From the IMG/VR virus record IMGVR_UViG_3300037067_006488, positions 13,284 through 77,283 of that record: DNA of 64,000 nucleotides, one strand, 5' to 3'. The translations under genes were made by a program, and so were the position numbers. The notes below the pieces were generated by a model. That model was not told where the DNA came from and searched no databases. It saw nothing but the letters and a program-made list of their open reading frames with translations. Positions 1-9,088 of the stretch are shown here, one piece after another. Positions within the stretch are counted from its first letter, which is position 1. Each line of letters opens with the position of its first letter. This DNA is from a virus (lineage: Duplodnaviria > Caudoviricetes).

Positions 1-1
1 G

Positions 2-730
2 GTGTGGTGTAAAAAATGCGCAGGAGGGGCTGAATATAAAGTATATGTTCCTAAACCAAGACTTTCAAACAAAGAGGGTTATCGGTTGTGTTGTAGGTGT
101 GGTAAAGAGCTGCCCCTTACTGTCGATTATTTTCAAAGAGATAATGGTAGTAAGTCTGGGTTTATGGGGGCGTGTAAAGTTTGTGTTAAGAAGGCAAGGG
201 ATATGAATAAGATTAAAATAAACAAGAAAAGACGTTTAAAAAGGTTGAGTAATATTACCACAGAAAGAGAAAGACAGCGTTTATACAGAGAAAAGAATGG
301 GGGACGGATTAATTTTCTGCAAAGACAACGGGTTAAACATAAAACCGAATCAGAAAAGTTTGCAACACGGGTGCGCTCGTCCATACGCAGGGCGTTAAGA
401 AATGGATTAAAGCAGTCCAAAACAACTGAATATTTGGGTTGCTCCATATTCGATTTTAAAAAATACTTAATCAGTTTGTTCACTGAGGAGATGACGTGGG
501 AAAGGTTTATGAATAGAGAAATAGAAATAGACCACATAAAACCCATCAAAATGTTTGATTTAACGGTGTACGAACAACAGTTAGAGGCATTTCATTATAC
601 TAATTGTCAGCCATTGTGGAAGAGCGATAACAGGAGTAAGGGGTCAAGGTATAATAAGAAGTATTATAGGGGGAATATACCACAAGCGAGCAAGAACGAT
701 AGGCTTGACCCTTGTTGTGTTAATTATTAA
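2..730 (+). CDS. HNH homing-endonuclease-like protein (probably 5'-truncated by the window)
   Basis: N-terminal CxxC pairs; C-terminal YLGCS...IDHIKP...FHYTNCQPLWKSDNRSKG, typical of viral HNH endonucleases. Confidence 0.7.
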   Translation: MWCKKCAGGAEYKVYVPKPRLSNKEGYRLCCRCGKELPLTVDYFQRDNGSKSGFMGACKVCVKKARDMNKIKINKKRRLKRLSNITTERERQRLYREKNGGRINFLQRQRVKHKTESEKFATRVRSSIRRALRNGLKQSKTTEYLGCSIFDFKKYLISLFTEEMTWERFMNREIEIDHIKPIKMFDLTVYEQQLEAFHYTNCQPLWKSDNRSKGSRYNKKYYRGNIPQASKNDRLDPCCVNY

Positions 731-736
731 TATTAA

Positions 737-767
737 AGCCCCGACAACAATCGGGGTTTTTTCTTTT
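737..767 (+). terminator. Intrinsic terminator
   Basis: AGCCCCGA-caacaa-TCGGGGTT hairpin followed by a T-tract, just after the HNH stop. Confidence 0.8.
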
Positions 768-785
768 AAAATAATTCACAAAATA

Positions 786-817
786 TTTGGATATTAACAA
801 AACAAGTGTTAATTTTG
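786..817 (+). promoter_or_regulatory. Bacteroidota primary-sigma promoter
   Basis: TTTG-N20-TAATTTTG matches the -33/-7 consensus, 22 nt upstream of ATG 840. Confidence 0.75.
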
Positions 818-839
818 ATCTACAATTATAACGATAAAC

Positions 840-1466
840 ATGAGCACAGAGAAACAAGGCGAGATTTTCTTCCCGAAGGGTTGCCCTTCATGCGGCGGTA
901 AGATTGTGTTTAAGAGGGCTGACGAATTGTTTAAGAATCCTGACAAGTGTGGTTTTGTGTATTGTTGCGAGAACTATCCTACCAACTGCACGGTGTTTGT
1001 AAGTGCCCACAAGGAAACAAAAGGAGAGGGTATAAGGGATTATCCTATCGGCATCCTGGCAGACGATAAACTACGCATCCTTCACGATGTGTGTCGTAAC
1101 AAATTCAATCAGCTTTGGCTTGACGGCAACAACATAAAGAGGGTATACAAGGATTTTGTTGTGGGGTTTACGGACGAGAACGGAGAATCCTGTTACGGTG
1201 TTGTAGACAAGGTTACAAGCGAGGGGTATATCCTTTATTCTCCCTGTTGCAAAGAACCTTTTGTCGTGCCCTTAAACATGGTCAATACAATCACCGCCCG
1301 CACTAAAGCATACTTCTGGTTGTCTATTAAAATGGGAATACCCTTTAACGACTGCAAGATTCCTATGTTCGACAAGGATGCAACAGAAAAAGCAATATCA
1401 ATAATAGAAGAAGCTATTTTAAATTTAAAATCAAATAACGATGGAACAAAAGACTTTCAGGGCTAA
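840..1466 (+). CDS. Zinc-finger protein, DUF3268-like
   Basis: CPSCGG...YCCENYPTNC..FVSAHK...PIGILAD.KLR..H...FNQLW pattern. Confidence 0.55.
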   Translation: MSTEKQGEIFFPKGCPSCGGKIVFKRADELFKNPDKCGFVYCCENYPTNCTVFVSAHKETKGEGIRDYPIGILADDKLRILHDVCRNKFNQLWLDGNNIKRVYKDFVVGFTDENGESCYGVVDKVTSEGYILYSPCCKEPFVVPLNMVNTITARTKAYFWLSIKMGIPFNDCKIPMFDKDATEKAISIIEEAILNLKSNNDGTKDFQG

Positions 1467-1872
1467 TATGTTTGTAAAGGAGGTTAAGCCTCTTACGTCA
1501 GGTACAGGGAAAAACTATCAGCGTGTTACTCTCGGAGACGGAGTGGAGTATTCCGCTTGGGACAACAACAAAGGGAACGACTTCTCGGTTTTGGTAAATC
1601 AGAGCGTGGATGTGGAGACTTGGACTAACGGTAAGTTTAAGAATGTTCAGATTGCAAAGAAGGAACAGTCTGCCGCTTCTGCCCCTGCACCTGCCCCCGC
1701 AGTAAAACACGACAGCGATTTCGACATACGCAAGAGTTCTTTCTTGCTGGCTTTAGAACTGCTTAAACTCTCAGGAGAGAAAGCATCGAAAACTACTTTA
1801 GCACCTAAAATTCTATTCTGTGAAAATTACCTGCGGACAGGAGACCTTGGGGCTGATAAGGCTCAAGAGTAA
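1441..1872 (+). CDS. Hypothetical protein, possible OB-fold ssDNA-binding protein
   Basis: Beta-rich N-terminus, Ala/Pro linker, located next to the exonuclease. Confidence 0.3.
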   Translation: MEQKTFRANMFVKEVKPLTSGTGKNYQRVTLGDGVEYSAWDNNKGNDFSVLVNQSVDVETWTNGKFKNVQIAKKEQSAASAPAPAPAVKHDSDFDIRKSSFLLALELLKLSGEKASKTTLAPKILFCENYLRTGDLGADKAQE

Positions 1873-1891
1873 GTTTGATTTATACACTCTT

Positions 1892-2068
1892 ATGCCGGGC
1901 AAGAGGACGTGGAGAGAAGACAATATCGAGCCAGCAATAGGAACAGAATACCTTATTTATAGCCCTTATTCCAAATCCCTGTACGAAAGCAGGGTAGAAG
2001 AATGGACTAATTGGGCTGTGCTTGACAGATACATAAAGGAAGGAAATGTTTATATACGAGAAAAATAA
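1892..2068 (+). CDS. Hypothetical protein
   Basis: In-frame ATG at 1892 within track ORF 1820-2068; stop abuts the next ATG. Confidence 0.45.
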   Translation: MPGKRTWREDNIEPAIGTEYLIYSPYSKSLYESRVEEWTNWAVLDRYIKEGNVYIREK

Positions 2069-3120
2069 TGGAAGACAAGACACAGAATATATGGGCTGAA
2101 TACTCTACCCTGCCTCCACCCTCGGTACAGCTAAGACGTTTTGATGACGGAAGGGATAATAGGTTTTATTGGTGGGTGTCTTATAACGAGGAAGCCCAAA
2201 TAATACCTAACACAGCAATAGGGATAACCTCTTTGCTTGGGATGGTGATGCCGACAAGCCCATTTATGACACAATGGAAACTGGATAACCCGAACTGGGA
2301 ACAGCTTTTTAAAGATAGTTCTGTATACGGTACTATCCTACATCAGATATACGGAGAATGGATTGTAAAGAGGACTGTTAACGATGATTTAGTGCAGGCT
2401 GCCCGTGCTATCGCCATCCGCACAGGAGGAGGATCGGATATGATAGACAAGAATATCATATCCTTTATGAAGTGGGTTGAGGATTACAACGTGAAGCCTT
2501 TACTGTGCGAGGCTATGTTGCTGTCAGCGCCGATAGAAGGCGAACAATATGCCCTTACCCTTGACTTGCTTTGCGAGCTGTCCGTAGAGGAGACCGTAGA
2601 GTTTGAGAAGGAGGACGGGGTGTATGTGAAGGGCGACAAAAAAGGACAGCCTAAGATAATAAAGATTAAAGAAACGTCTAAGGTTAAACGGTTAGCTCTT
2701 GTAGACTTCAAGTCTAACTTCTTCGACAAGGACAAGAAATCGTTCTACGATTCTCACCTTATGCAGTTGATCGGTGCGAGGAAGGCTATTAAACACAGCT
2801 ATCCCGATCTGAATGTAGATATAATTGCGAACCTCTCCCCTTCGGGGTGGAGAACAAAACCTGGGTATGATTTCTATATTTGGGAACCGACGTGGATAGA
2901 GGAAGCGTTGTTCGACAGTTATATCACGATTGCGAGGTTGAAGGGAATGTTTCAGCCGAAGGGCAGTATCTTCATGCCTCCAATATACAATGCAAATGCT
3001 AACTCCTCCGATTTCAGGATTGTCTCTTACCCCGAATATGTGTTGGGTATTCTTACGCCTCCCGAAGATAACCGAGAGGATTATACAGACGAGTTTAGTC
3101 CTATTCTTAACAGTATTTAG
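2068..3120 (+). CDS. PD-(D/E)XK phage exonuclease
   Basis: YGTILH..., CEAML, ALTLDLL, LVDFKS...QL motifs. Confidence 0.65.
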   Translation: MEDKTQNIWAEYSTLPPPSVQLRRFDDGRDNRFYWWVSYNEEAQIIPNTAIGITSLLGMVMPTSPFMTQWKLDNPNWEQLFKDSSVYGTILHQIYGEWIVKRTVNDDLVQAARAIAIRTGGGSDMIDKNIISFMKWVEDYNVKPLLCEAMLLSAPIEGEQYALTLDLLCELSVEETVEFEKEDGVYVKGDKKGQPKIIKIKETSKVKRLALVDFKSNFFDKDKKSFYDSHLMQLIGARKAIKHSYPDLNVDIIANLSPSGWRTKPGYDFYIWEPTWIEEALFDSYITIARLKGMFQPKGSIFMPPIYNANANSSDFRIVSYPEYVLGILTPPEDNREDYTDEFSPILNSI

Positions 3121-3125
3121 GATGA

Positions 3126-3437
3126 ATGACAAACAGCCAAAGCGCCTACTATCGGGGGGTGGTTATCCCAAGTATAATGAAGTGGCTAAACATAGACCTA
3201 ACGTTATACAAAACTGTCGCCCCCAAAATACATACTGCAATCAAGCACTGCTTCGGTATTCGCAGTATGCGAGATTTATCGGTACAGCAATTCGAGGTGT
3301 TTGCAGAAACATTACGAATGTTGTTTGTTCGGGAGTACGGGCTTCTAATCCCTACCCCTGACGAGAAAGACTTCGATGCAGAAAAAGCAACAATGCGGGA
3401 GTATTTAAGATTTAAAAGAAAACACAATGATTATTAA
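3126..3437 (+). CDS. Hypothetical protein (NinB/Orf-like)
   Basis: QSAYYRGVVIP...S.RDLS..QF..F.E pattern; tightly packed operon. Confidence 0.4.
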   Translation: MTNSQSAYYRGVVIPSIMKWLNIDLTLYKTVAPKIHTAIKHCFGIRSMRDLSVQQFEVFAETLRMLFVREYGLLIPTPDEKDFDAEKATMREYLRFKRKHNDY

Positions 3438-4002
3438 GATAAAAGTAAGACAAGAAGGGGTTGTGTACGAGTCAACAGGGTTGTTCTTCGTGGATGACTT
3501 TATATCCGAACAGGATTTAAACAGTTGGTTAACTACCCTTAATGCAGGGATAAGAGCGGGGTTGTATAAGGATTTTGTTAAGAACGATACGGTTTGTTTT
3601 GTTGTCGGCGAAGACAAGGGGGCTTTGCCCTTCATCCCCGAAACAGCAATAACAGACGACATAATAGATTTTATATGCGATAAGATGAGTTTGGGTATAG
3701 ACGACATAAAAACAACCTCCCGATCCAACAAGAGAAACGCATATTTAACAAGGTGTGTTGTTATTGGGGCTTTGCGGTTCTTTACTAAACTTGGCACGGC
3801 AGAGATAGGGGGAATATTTCAGAGAGACCATGCCTCTGTTGTGCATACTTGCAAGAGGGTATTACCTTCATTTTATTATCCGGTTAACCCTGTTGCGACC
3901 ACATTAATAAACAACGTCGCTATAAGGTATAACGACTCCCGTTTTATAGATGCTTGTAGGGAGGGAATATTTGCAAACAAAAGTGTAACAATATTAGACT
4001 AA
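3427..4002 (+). CDS. Protein with DnaA C-terminal (domain IV) HTH
   Basis: SR.NKR...TR......LR....LGTAEIGGIFQRDHASVVH.CKRV resembles the DnaA domain IV signature. Confidence 0.6.
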   Translation: MIIKIKVRQEGVVYESTGLFFVDDFISEQDLNSWLTTLNAGIRAGLYKDFVKNDTVCFVVGEDKGALPFIPETAITDDIIDFICDKMSLGIDDIKTTSRSNKRNAYLTRCVVIGALRFFTKLGTAEIGGIFQRDHASVVHTCKRVLPSFYYPVNPVATTLINNVAIRYNDSRFIDACREGIFANKSVTILD

Positions 4003-4003
4003 T

Positions 4004-4447
4004 ATGGACATAAACTTACCACACGAATTAAAAGGACGGGTTATTGCAAAGAGAGGCCCGTATATTGTGGGACAGAACAAGATCGAAAAACATCTGTTGT
4101 ATCTCGAATGTGATTATCCCAAGAGGGGGAAGGTGGAAACTACGAACGTTAAGGCTCTTTGTTGGGCTTGGGGAGGACACGCCTCCAAGATAGACCACAT
4201 ATTCCCCGGAGATATTGTTAAGTTCACCTTCTCTCTTTCGGGTAGGATGGACAACGACAGAAAAGACAAGAACGGAGCAGAAATGTGTTGGACGGAGGTT
4301 GTTATCGAAAGCAGACCGGAGGTGTTGGATTCTTCGCAGAGAAAGATGTACAACAACAACCCTGGCGAACTACCTTTAGGGGGAGTAGAGGGGATGCCTC
4401 CGTCGGAGGATTTAGGAAAGGAAGATTACAATGATTTACCTTTTTGA
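4004..4447 (+). CDS. DUF3127-like single-stranded DNA-binding protein
   Basis: KGRVI start, GD.VKF.FSLSGR, acidic tail ending DLPF. Confidence 0.6.
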   Translation: MDINLPHELKGRVIAKRGPYIVGQNKIEKHLLYLECDYPKRGKVETTNVKALCWAWGGHASKIDHIFPGDIVKFTFSLSGRMDNDRKDKNGAEMCWTEVVIESRPEVLDSSQRKMYNNNPGELPLGGVEGMPPSEDLGKEDYNDLPF

Positions 4448-4474
4448 TATTCAATTAATTAAACAAAAACAACG

Positions 4475-4840
4475 ATGAAAACACTACCAACAGAATTTAA
4501 CAAGAACGGAATGAAGTACCGGATAATAGACCGGAGCGAAACAAGGTACTTAGCAGAAGTGTATTCTCTTGAATCGGGTAATCTTGGCGCTTACGAAACC
4601 GGAAGGATATTAAGACACGAGGGGTTTAAGATTGGAGGAAGGGATGTAGAGGCAGGAGAAAACATAATCGGCAACGAAGCCTTCGGCAAAGATGCTTACG
4701 AGGGCGTTATGTCCCCCAAAAGTAAGGATGTTGTAGTAGGATGGTTTAAGGAAGGCACTATATCCGATATAAGGAAGGCAAAATTGAGTTCGCCAAAACA
4801 GGAACAGGACAAAGTGGATATAAGCATTGACTCGGAATAA
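4475..4840 (+). CDS. Hypothetical phage protein
   Basis: Intact ORF after an A-rich leader, in-operon. Confidence 0.6.
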   Translation: MKTLPTEFNKNGMKYRIIDRSETRYLAEVYSLESGNLGAYETGRILRHEGFKIGGRDVEAGENIIGNEAFGKDAYEGVMSPKSKDVVVGWFKEGTISDIRKAKLSSPKQEQDKVDISIDSE

Positions 4841-4872
4841 AAATCTGTACACAACTCTAAAAAACACACCTT

Positions 4873-5868
4873 ATGCAAATCGTAAAAAACATACAAGTTC
4901 CAACAGGAAATATTTGTGTAATGCAAGGAGAAAGGGGTTTATTGGAATTTTTATCAATCGGGGATTACGGTAAAGATTTAAACATTAAAGCTGATTTTCT
5001 TGGTATAACAAGGGAGTTGAACGGTGTCCCTAACGGGGAAATCATGCCCCTAACAGAGAAGTGGGTTATAACCATAAGCACACAATACGGCTGTTCAATG
5101 AACTGCAAGTTTTGTGATGTGCCTCTTGTCGGCAAAGGAATAAACGCAACGTTTAATGACTTAAAAAATCAAGTGGAATTAGCCTTATCGCTACACCCTG
5201 AAGTCGCACGTACCAAAAGGCTGAACATCCATTATGCAAGGATGGGGGAACCCACATTTAATAATTCAATATTAGATCACGCTATATATTTAAAAGAAAG
5301 TCATATTTTATATAACAGCCTTATTCATCCGGTAGTATCTACGATGATGCCCAAAAACAATAAAAGACTTTATTCTTTTATATCGGAGTGGATACATATA
5401 AAAAATGAATATTATAAAGGGAATGCGGGATTGCAGTTGTCTATTAACTCCACCGACAAACAGCAAAGAGAAGAAATGTTCTCAGGCAACGCTTCATCTC
5501 TTGAAGATATTGTTGAAATTATGGATTTAATGCCCGACCCTAAAGGAAGGAAATATACCCTAAACTTTGCATTGGCTGATAATTATATAATTGATGCTGA
5601 ATATTTAGCGCAGCTATTTGATCCTAAAAGATTTATGGTGAAAATCACCCCTTTACATAAAACCAAAAGCTGTAAAGATAATGGTATTGTTACAACTGGT
5701 GGATATGACAAGTTTACACCCTATAAAGAAACTGAAACCAACCTCAAGAAATGGGGATTTGATGTTATTGTGTTCGTTCCCTCTTATGATGAGGATTTAG
5801 GGATGATAACTTGTGGGAACGCTGTTCTTTCCGGTAATATGCCCAAAACAAAATATTTTGTGATATGA
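4873..5868 (+). CDS. RlmN/Cfr-family radical SAM protein
   Basis: ISTQYGCSMNCKFC (CxxxCxxC), RMGEP, LSINS..R.E and C-terminal TCGNA all align with RlmN motifs. Confidence 0.85.
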   Translation: MQIVKNIQVPTGNICVMQGERGLLEFLSIGDYGKDLNIKADFLGITRELNGVPNGEIMPLTEKWVITISTQYGCSMNCKFCDVPLVGKGINATFNDLKNQVELALSLHPEVARTKRLNIHYARMGEPTFNNSILDHAIYLKESHILYNSLIHPVVSTMMPKNNKRLYSFISEWIHIKNEYYKGNAGLQLSINSTDKQQREEMFSGNASSLEDIVEIMDLMPDPKGRKYTLNFALADNYIIDAEYLAQLFDPKRFMVKITPLHKTKSCKDNGIVTTGGYDKFTPYKETETNLKKWGFDVIVFVPSYDEDLGMITCGNAVLSGNMPKTKYFVI

Positions 5869-6332
5869 GTGAAATAATATTAGCCTTAGACCAAGGCAAC
5901 ATAATGACAGGGTTTGTTGTCTTTAACGGGGAAGAAATACTTGATATGGGGAAACTGTTGAACCACGAGATACTTGAATATATCTACGCCCGCAAGAATA
6001 TAAACACAGTAGTAATAGAACGCTTTGGTTCTTACGGTATGCCTGTTGGGGAGACAACTCTTGGCTCTGTACATTGGGGAGGGCGGTTTGAAGAAGCAGG
6101 GATAGTATCGGGAAAGAAAGTCGTCCGCATATTTCGTAAAGACGTGAAGATTGCTCTTTGCGGGAGTATGAAAGCTAAAGATGTTAATATAAGACAGGCG
6201 CTGATAGATCGGTTTGAGCCTAACCTCGAAGCCAACAAGAGACCCAAGGGAATATTAAAAGACGTAAGCAAGGATATGTGGAGTGCTTTAGCCCTTGCGG
6301 TTGTGTATTTAGACGGTAAGGCGAATATTTAA
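5865..6332 (+). CDS. RuvC-like Holliday junction resolvase
   Basis: ILALDQG, VVIE, and D.WSALALA acidic-triad pattern. Confidence 0.75.
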   Translation: MSEIILALDQGNIMTGFVVFNGEEILDMGKLLNHEILEYIYARKNINTVVIERFGSYGMPVGETTLGSVHWGGRFEEAGIVSGKKVVRIFRKDVKIALCGSMKAKDVNIRQALIDRFEPNLEANKRPKGILKDVSKDMWSALALAVVYLDGKANI

Positions 6333-6385
6333 CACCATGAAAGGATGAACTGGACAAACCACGACCAAAATTATTTAACAGAAAG

Positions 6386-6598
6386 ATGATAATGAAAAAT
6401 CAGATATTACAAGGCAACGTATTTGAACTTATCAAAACACTTCCCGACAAGTCGGTTAATTGTTGCGTTACATCCCCGCCTTACTATGGGTTAAGGGATT
6501 ACGGAGTTGAAGGGCAGTTAGGACTTGAATCTACTCCCGAACTGTATGTTGAAAAGATGGTAGAGGTGTTCAGGGGTGTTATGAGGATAGTACGCTGA
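6386..6598 (+). pseudogene. Truncated N4C/N6A DNA methyltransferase (N-terminal 70 aa only)
   Basis: ILQGNV...DKSVNCCVTSPPYYGLRDYG motif IV present; stops after VMRIVR with no SAM-binding FxGxG region in any downstream frame. Confidence 0.75.
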
Positions 6599-6868
6599 AT
6601 TTTACAAGATATACCGTAAAAGAAAAGGACGGCAGTTTATCGTATTATGCGGTAGGCGTTGCTGATTTAATATCCTTTGACCTATTTAATGTAAAAGAAA
6701 TAGAATGTGTTTATAAACACCGAACCCCCACCTTCGAAGGCTTTGCAGAGTATCTGAAACGTAAATATGTGAAAGAATGAAAACATTATTTATTGTTTTA
6801 TTTATACTAATATTAGTATTTGTGACTGTTACTGATGATACTGATTATCCAATATAAAAATCAACAAA

Positions 6869-7168
6869 ATGAAAAAAGAGCTTCAAGCAAAAAATAATTT
6901 TGAAATTATTCTTGCGTTTATTGCTGTAGTGGTTATGGTGTTGATACAGGTTTTTTTAAACGAAATTTACGATGTTAAAGGATTTTGGAATACCCCATAT
7001 ATACTTATAGACATTATAATAACAACCATAATTACCGTATTTGATTTTTCGTTTTTAATTTTTTTATCAATGGTAATTTGTAATGATAAGCCCCCTAAAT
7101 TTTTGGCTATTATGGTAATAATTGGTATTTTGCTTATATTTATTTATTCCTGTATAGAGGCATGGTAA
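6869..7168 (+). CDS. Small membrane protein (about 3 TM)
   Basis: Three hydrophobic stretches; very AT-rich. Confidence 0.55.
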   Translation: MKKELQAKNNFEIILAFIAVVVMVLIQVFLNEIYDVKGFWNTPYILIDIIITTIITVFDFSFLIFLSMVICNDKPPKFLAIMVIIGILLIFIYSCIEAW

Positions 7169-7752
7169 TGAATTTAAGAATGGGAAAGCTAACAGAGCTT
7201 GCCCGGAACAAAGCCGTTTTACATATCGGCTTCGCCGATGCACAAACCTATCCTATTAAAATAGAAAGAGGGTTATGGTTACACGGGTTGCTTGTTGATG
7301 TGGCTAAGTTGTGTGTTGGTGTTGATACCGATAAGAAAGCCGTAAAGGATTTAAAGGCAACGGGTATCAAATATCTTTATACAAACATGAACGACGTAAT
7401 AGGATTGAAATTTGATTTTATCCTTTTAGGAGAGACGCTTGAACACGTTGATAACCCTGTTTTATTTCTAAAGGTTATTAAAAAGAAATTTCCAGGCACT
7501 CCTTTGGTGCTTACCGTACCCAATGCTTTCAGAATACGCAATTTCACAAACGCATTACGAGGCAAAGAGGCCATCAATACGGATCACCGATATTGGTTCA
7601 CCCCCTTTACGATTCAGAAGGTTTTAACACAAGCGGGTTATGAAATTAAGGATATTGAAATGGTAGAATCATATCAACGAGTTTTGTCTAAACGCCTTTT
7701 TATAACCAAATTTCATTATTTTAGAGACACTATTTTAATACGAACAACATGA
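7162..7752 (+). CDS. Class I SAM-dependent methyltransferase
   Basis: VLHIGF.D, VGVD, FDFILLGETLEHVDNP...L..PN, H.YWF motifs. Confidence 0.75.
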   Translation: MVMNLRMGKLTELARNKAVLHIGFADAQTYPIKIERGLWLHGLLVDVAKLCVGVDTDKKAVKDLKATGIKYLYTNMNDVIGLKFDFILLGETLEHVDNPVLFLKVIKKKFPGTPLVLTVPNAFRIRNFTNALRGKEAINTDHRYWFTPFTIQKVLTQAGYEIKDIEMVESYQRVLSKRLFITKFHYFRDTILIRTT

Positions 7753-8309
7753 AATCAATATGGCAGGGCTCAGATTCTTTACTTCTTGTTTCCATGCCCA
7801 AGGAATTAACGCTTAACGAGAAGTATTATGCTATTAAATTCAGGCTGTTTGCAAGGCTGTGTGATCGGTTTGCGGTGGAACACTATGCCAATGGTGAGCT
7901 TGTAGAAAAAAACCTTCGTAAATTCGGATTAAAGAAACCAATAACACAACATCAAAGCCCGTTAAAGTATGGCAAGCTCCCGAAAATAGAACATGAGGGA
8001 TTTAATGTGTTATTTTATAAGCCTAAATATACAGAGTTCCGTGCATGGATATACGGATTTGATATTTTTGACACGATAAAAGAATGGTGTCCTGGTGTTA
8101 ACTTTATTGAGGTTAACGGCAACCATGATTTAAGCAAGATATACCCGATAACAGACCTACTGATACGCCCTAATAGGCATGACGGCAACTCTCGCATGGT
8201 GAGGGAATGCCAGTTAAATGATATACCCTGTTTGTATACAATCGAAAACCCTAATGTGTATTGGTTCATAGAAAAAGTAAAAGAGTATGCCGCAGCAAGA
8301 AATAAGTAA
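7749..8309 (+). CDS. Short GT-B (GT4-like) glycosyltransferase
   Basis: DLLIRPNRHDGNSRMVRECQLNDIPCL resembles the GT4 D...PS..EG....EA...G.P motif. Confidence 0.5.
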   Translation: MKSIWQGSDSLLLVSMPKELTLNEKYYAIKFRLFARLCDRFAVEHYANGELVEKNLRKFGLKKPITQHQSPLKYGKLPKIEHEGFNVLFYKPKYTEFRAWIYGFDIFDTIKEWCPGVNFIEVNGNHDLSKIYPITDLLIRPNRHDGNSRMVRECQLNDIPCLYTIENPNVYWFIEKVKEYAAARNK

Positions 8310-8592
8310 ACCGATAAACGTTATAATCAGGGCAAAGGCTGATTTTGATTACGGGATAACCAACGGATTGCGATACTTCCAGATATTGTTATCCTTTGGG
8401 ACTTTCTTTGAGGTTTTTAAACTCAGCACTGGGATAAGTAGGATATGGTATCTAATTATCATACCAATAGGGCTGTTATTAACTTTATTGTGGGGAAGAT
8501 TCCTTCGTAAATCGAAGATAAGGACAGCGGAAGCAGAGATGATAGCTAAAGAGAATCCATATCTAATGGAAATACACGCTAAAACAAAATAA
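8287..8592 (+). CDS. Hypothetical membrane protein
   Basis: Two hydrophobic segments; overlaps the upstream stop. Confidence 0.5.
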   Translation: MPQQEISKPINVIIRAKADFDYGITNGLRYFQILLSFGTFFEVFKLSTGISRIWYLIIIPIGLLLTLLWGRFLRKSKIRTAEAEMIAKENPYLMEIHAKTK

Positions 8593-8593
8593 T

Positions 8594-8770
8594 ATGGCAG
8601 ACATAAGTAAATGCAACGGAGTGGATTGTCCCTTAAAGGATAGGTGTTATAGGTACACAGCGAAGTCCGATTCTATGTGGCAATCTTGGGGTAACTTTGT
8701 ATACAATAACGGATGCAAGTATTATTGGCCTAATAAAGAAAAAGATGAAGCAAGAAGAACTGATGATTAA
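8594..8770 (+). CDS. Small Cys-rich phage protein (58 aa, not in ORF track)
   Basis: Hand translation MADISKCNGVDCPLKDRCYRYTAKSDSMWQSW...; ATG 2 nt after the previous stop. Confidence 0.6.
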   Translation: MADISKCNGVDCPLKDRCYRYTAKSDSMWQSWGNFVYNNGCKYYWPNKEKDEARRTDD

Positions 8771-9044
8771 CATGGACTTGGATATACAGAATTATTCCAA
8801 GCGGTTTCCCCACGACGAACAGAACGTGTTTATGTATCTACGGTACGACAGCGTAAAGGGCGAGTTCGTGTTTCACGGAACAGGATCGGGGAATAATATG
8901 ATAAGCGCATTGGCTTTGTTTGGCTCTACCGATCCCTTACATGAGGAGATACTGAAGTCCGCAAAGGATATTGTAGCCAATCTGTCTGCAAGAACAAAGA
9001 GGGAGATGCGGGGAGAAGCAGAAAAGGGAAGCATATATAAATAA
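8745..9044 (+). CDS. Hypothetical protein
   Basis: In-frame ATG (MKQEEL) within track ORF 8697-9044. Confidence 0.5.
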   Translation: MKQEELMINMDLDIQNYSKRFPHDEQNVFMYLRYDSVKGEFVFHGTGSGNNMISALALFGSTDPLHEEILKSAKDIVANLSARTKREMRGEAEKGSIYK

Positions 9045-9081
9045 AAAAAAGTCCGGTGTATTGCCGGACTTCTTGTTTTTT
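9044..9081. terminator. Bidirectional intrinsic terminator
   Basis: A8-GTCCGG-tgtattg-CCGGACTT then T-rich, between converging operons. Confidence 0.85.
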
Positions 9082-9088
9082 ACATAGC

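Noticed and set aside
4142-4151. ACGAACGTTA resembling half of an Mpi-type inverted repeat
   Set aside because: A single imperfect copy inside a coding region, with no partner repeat seen.
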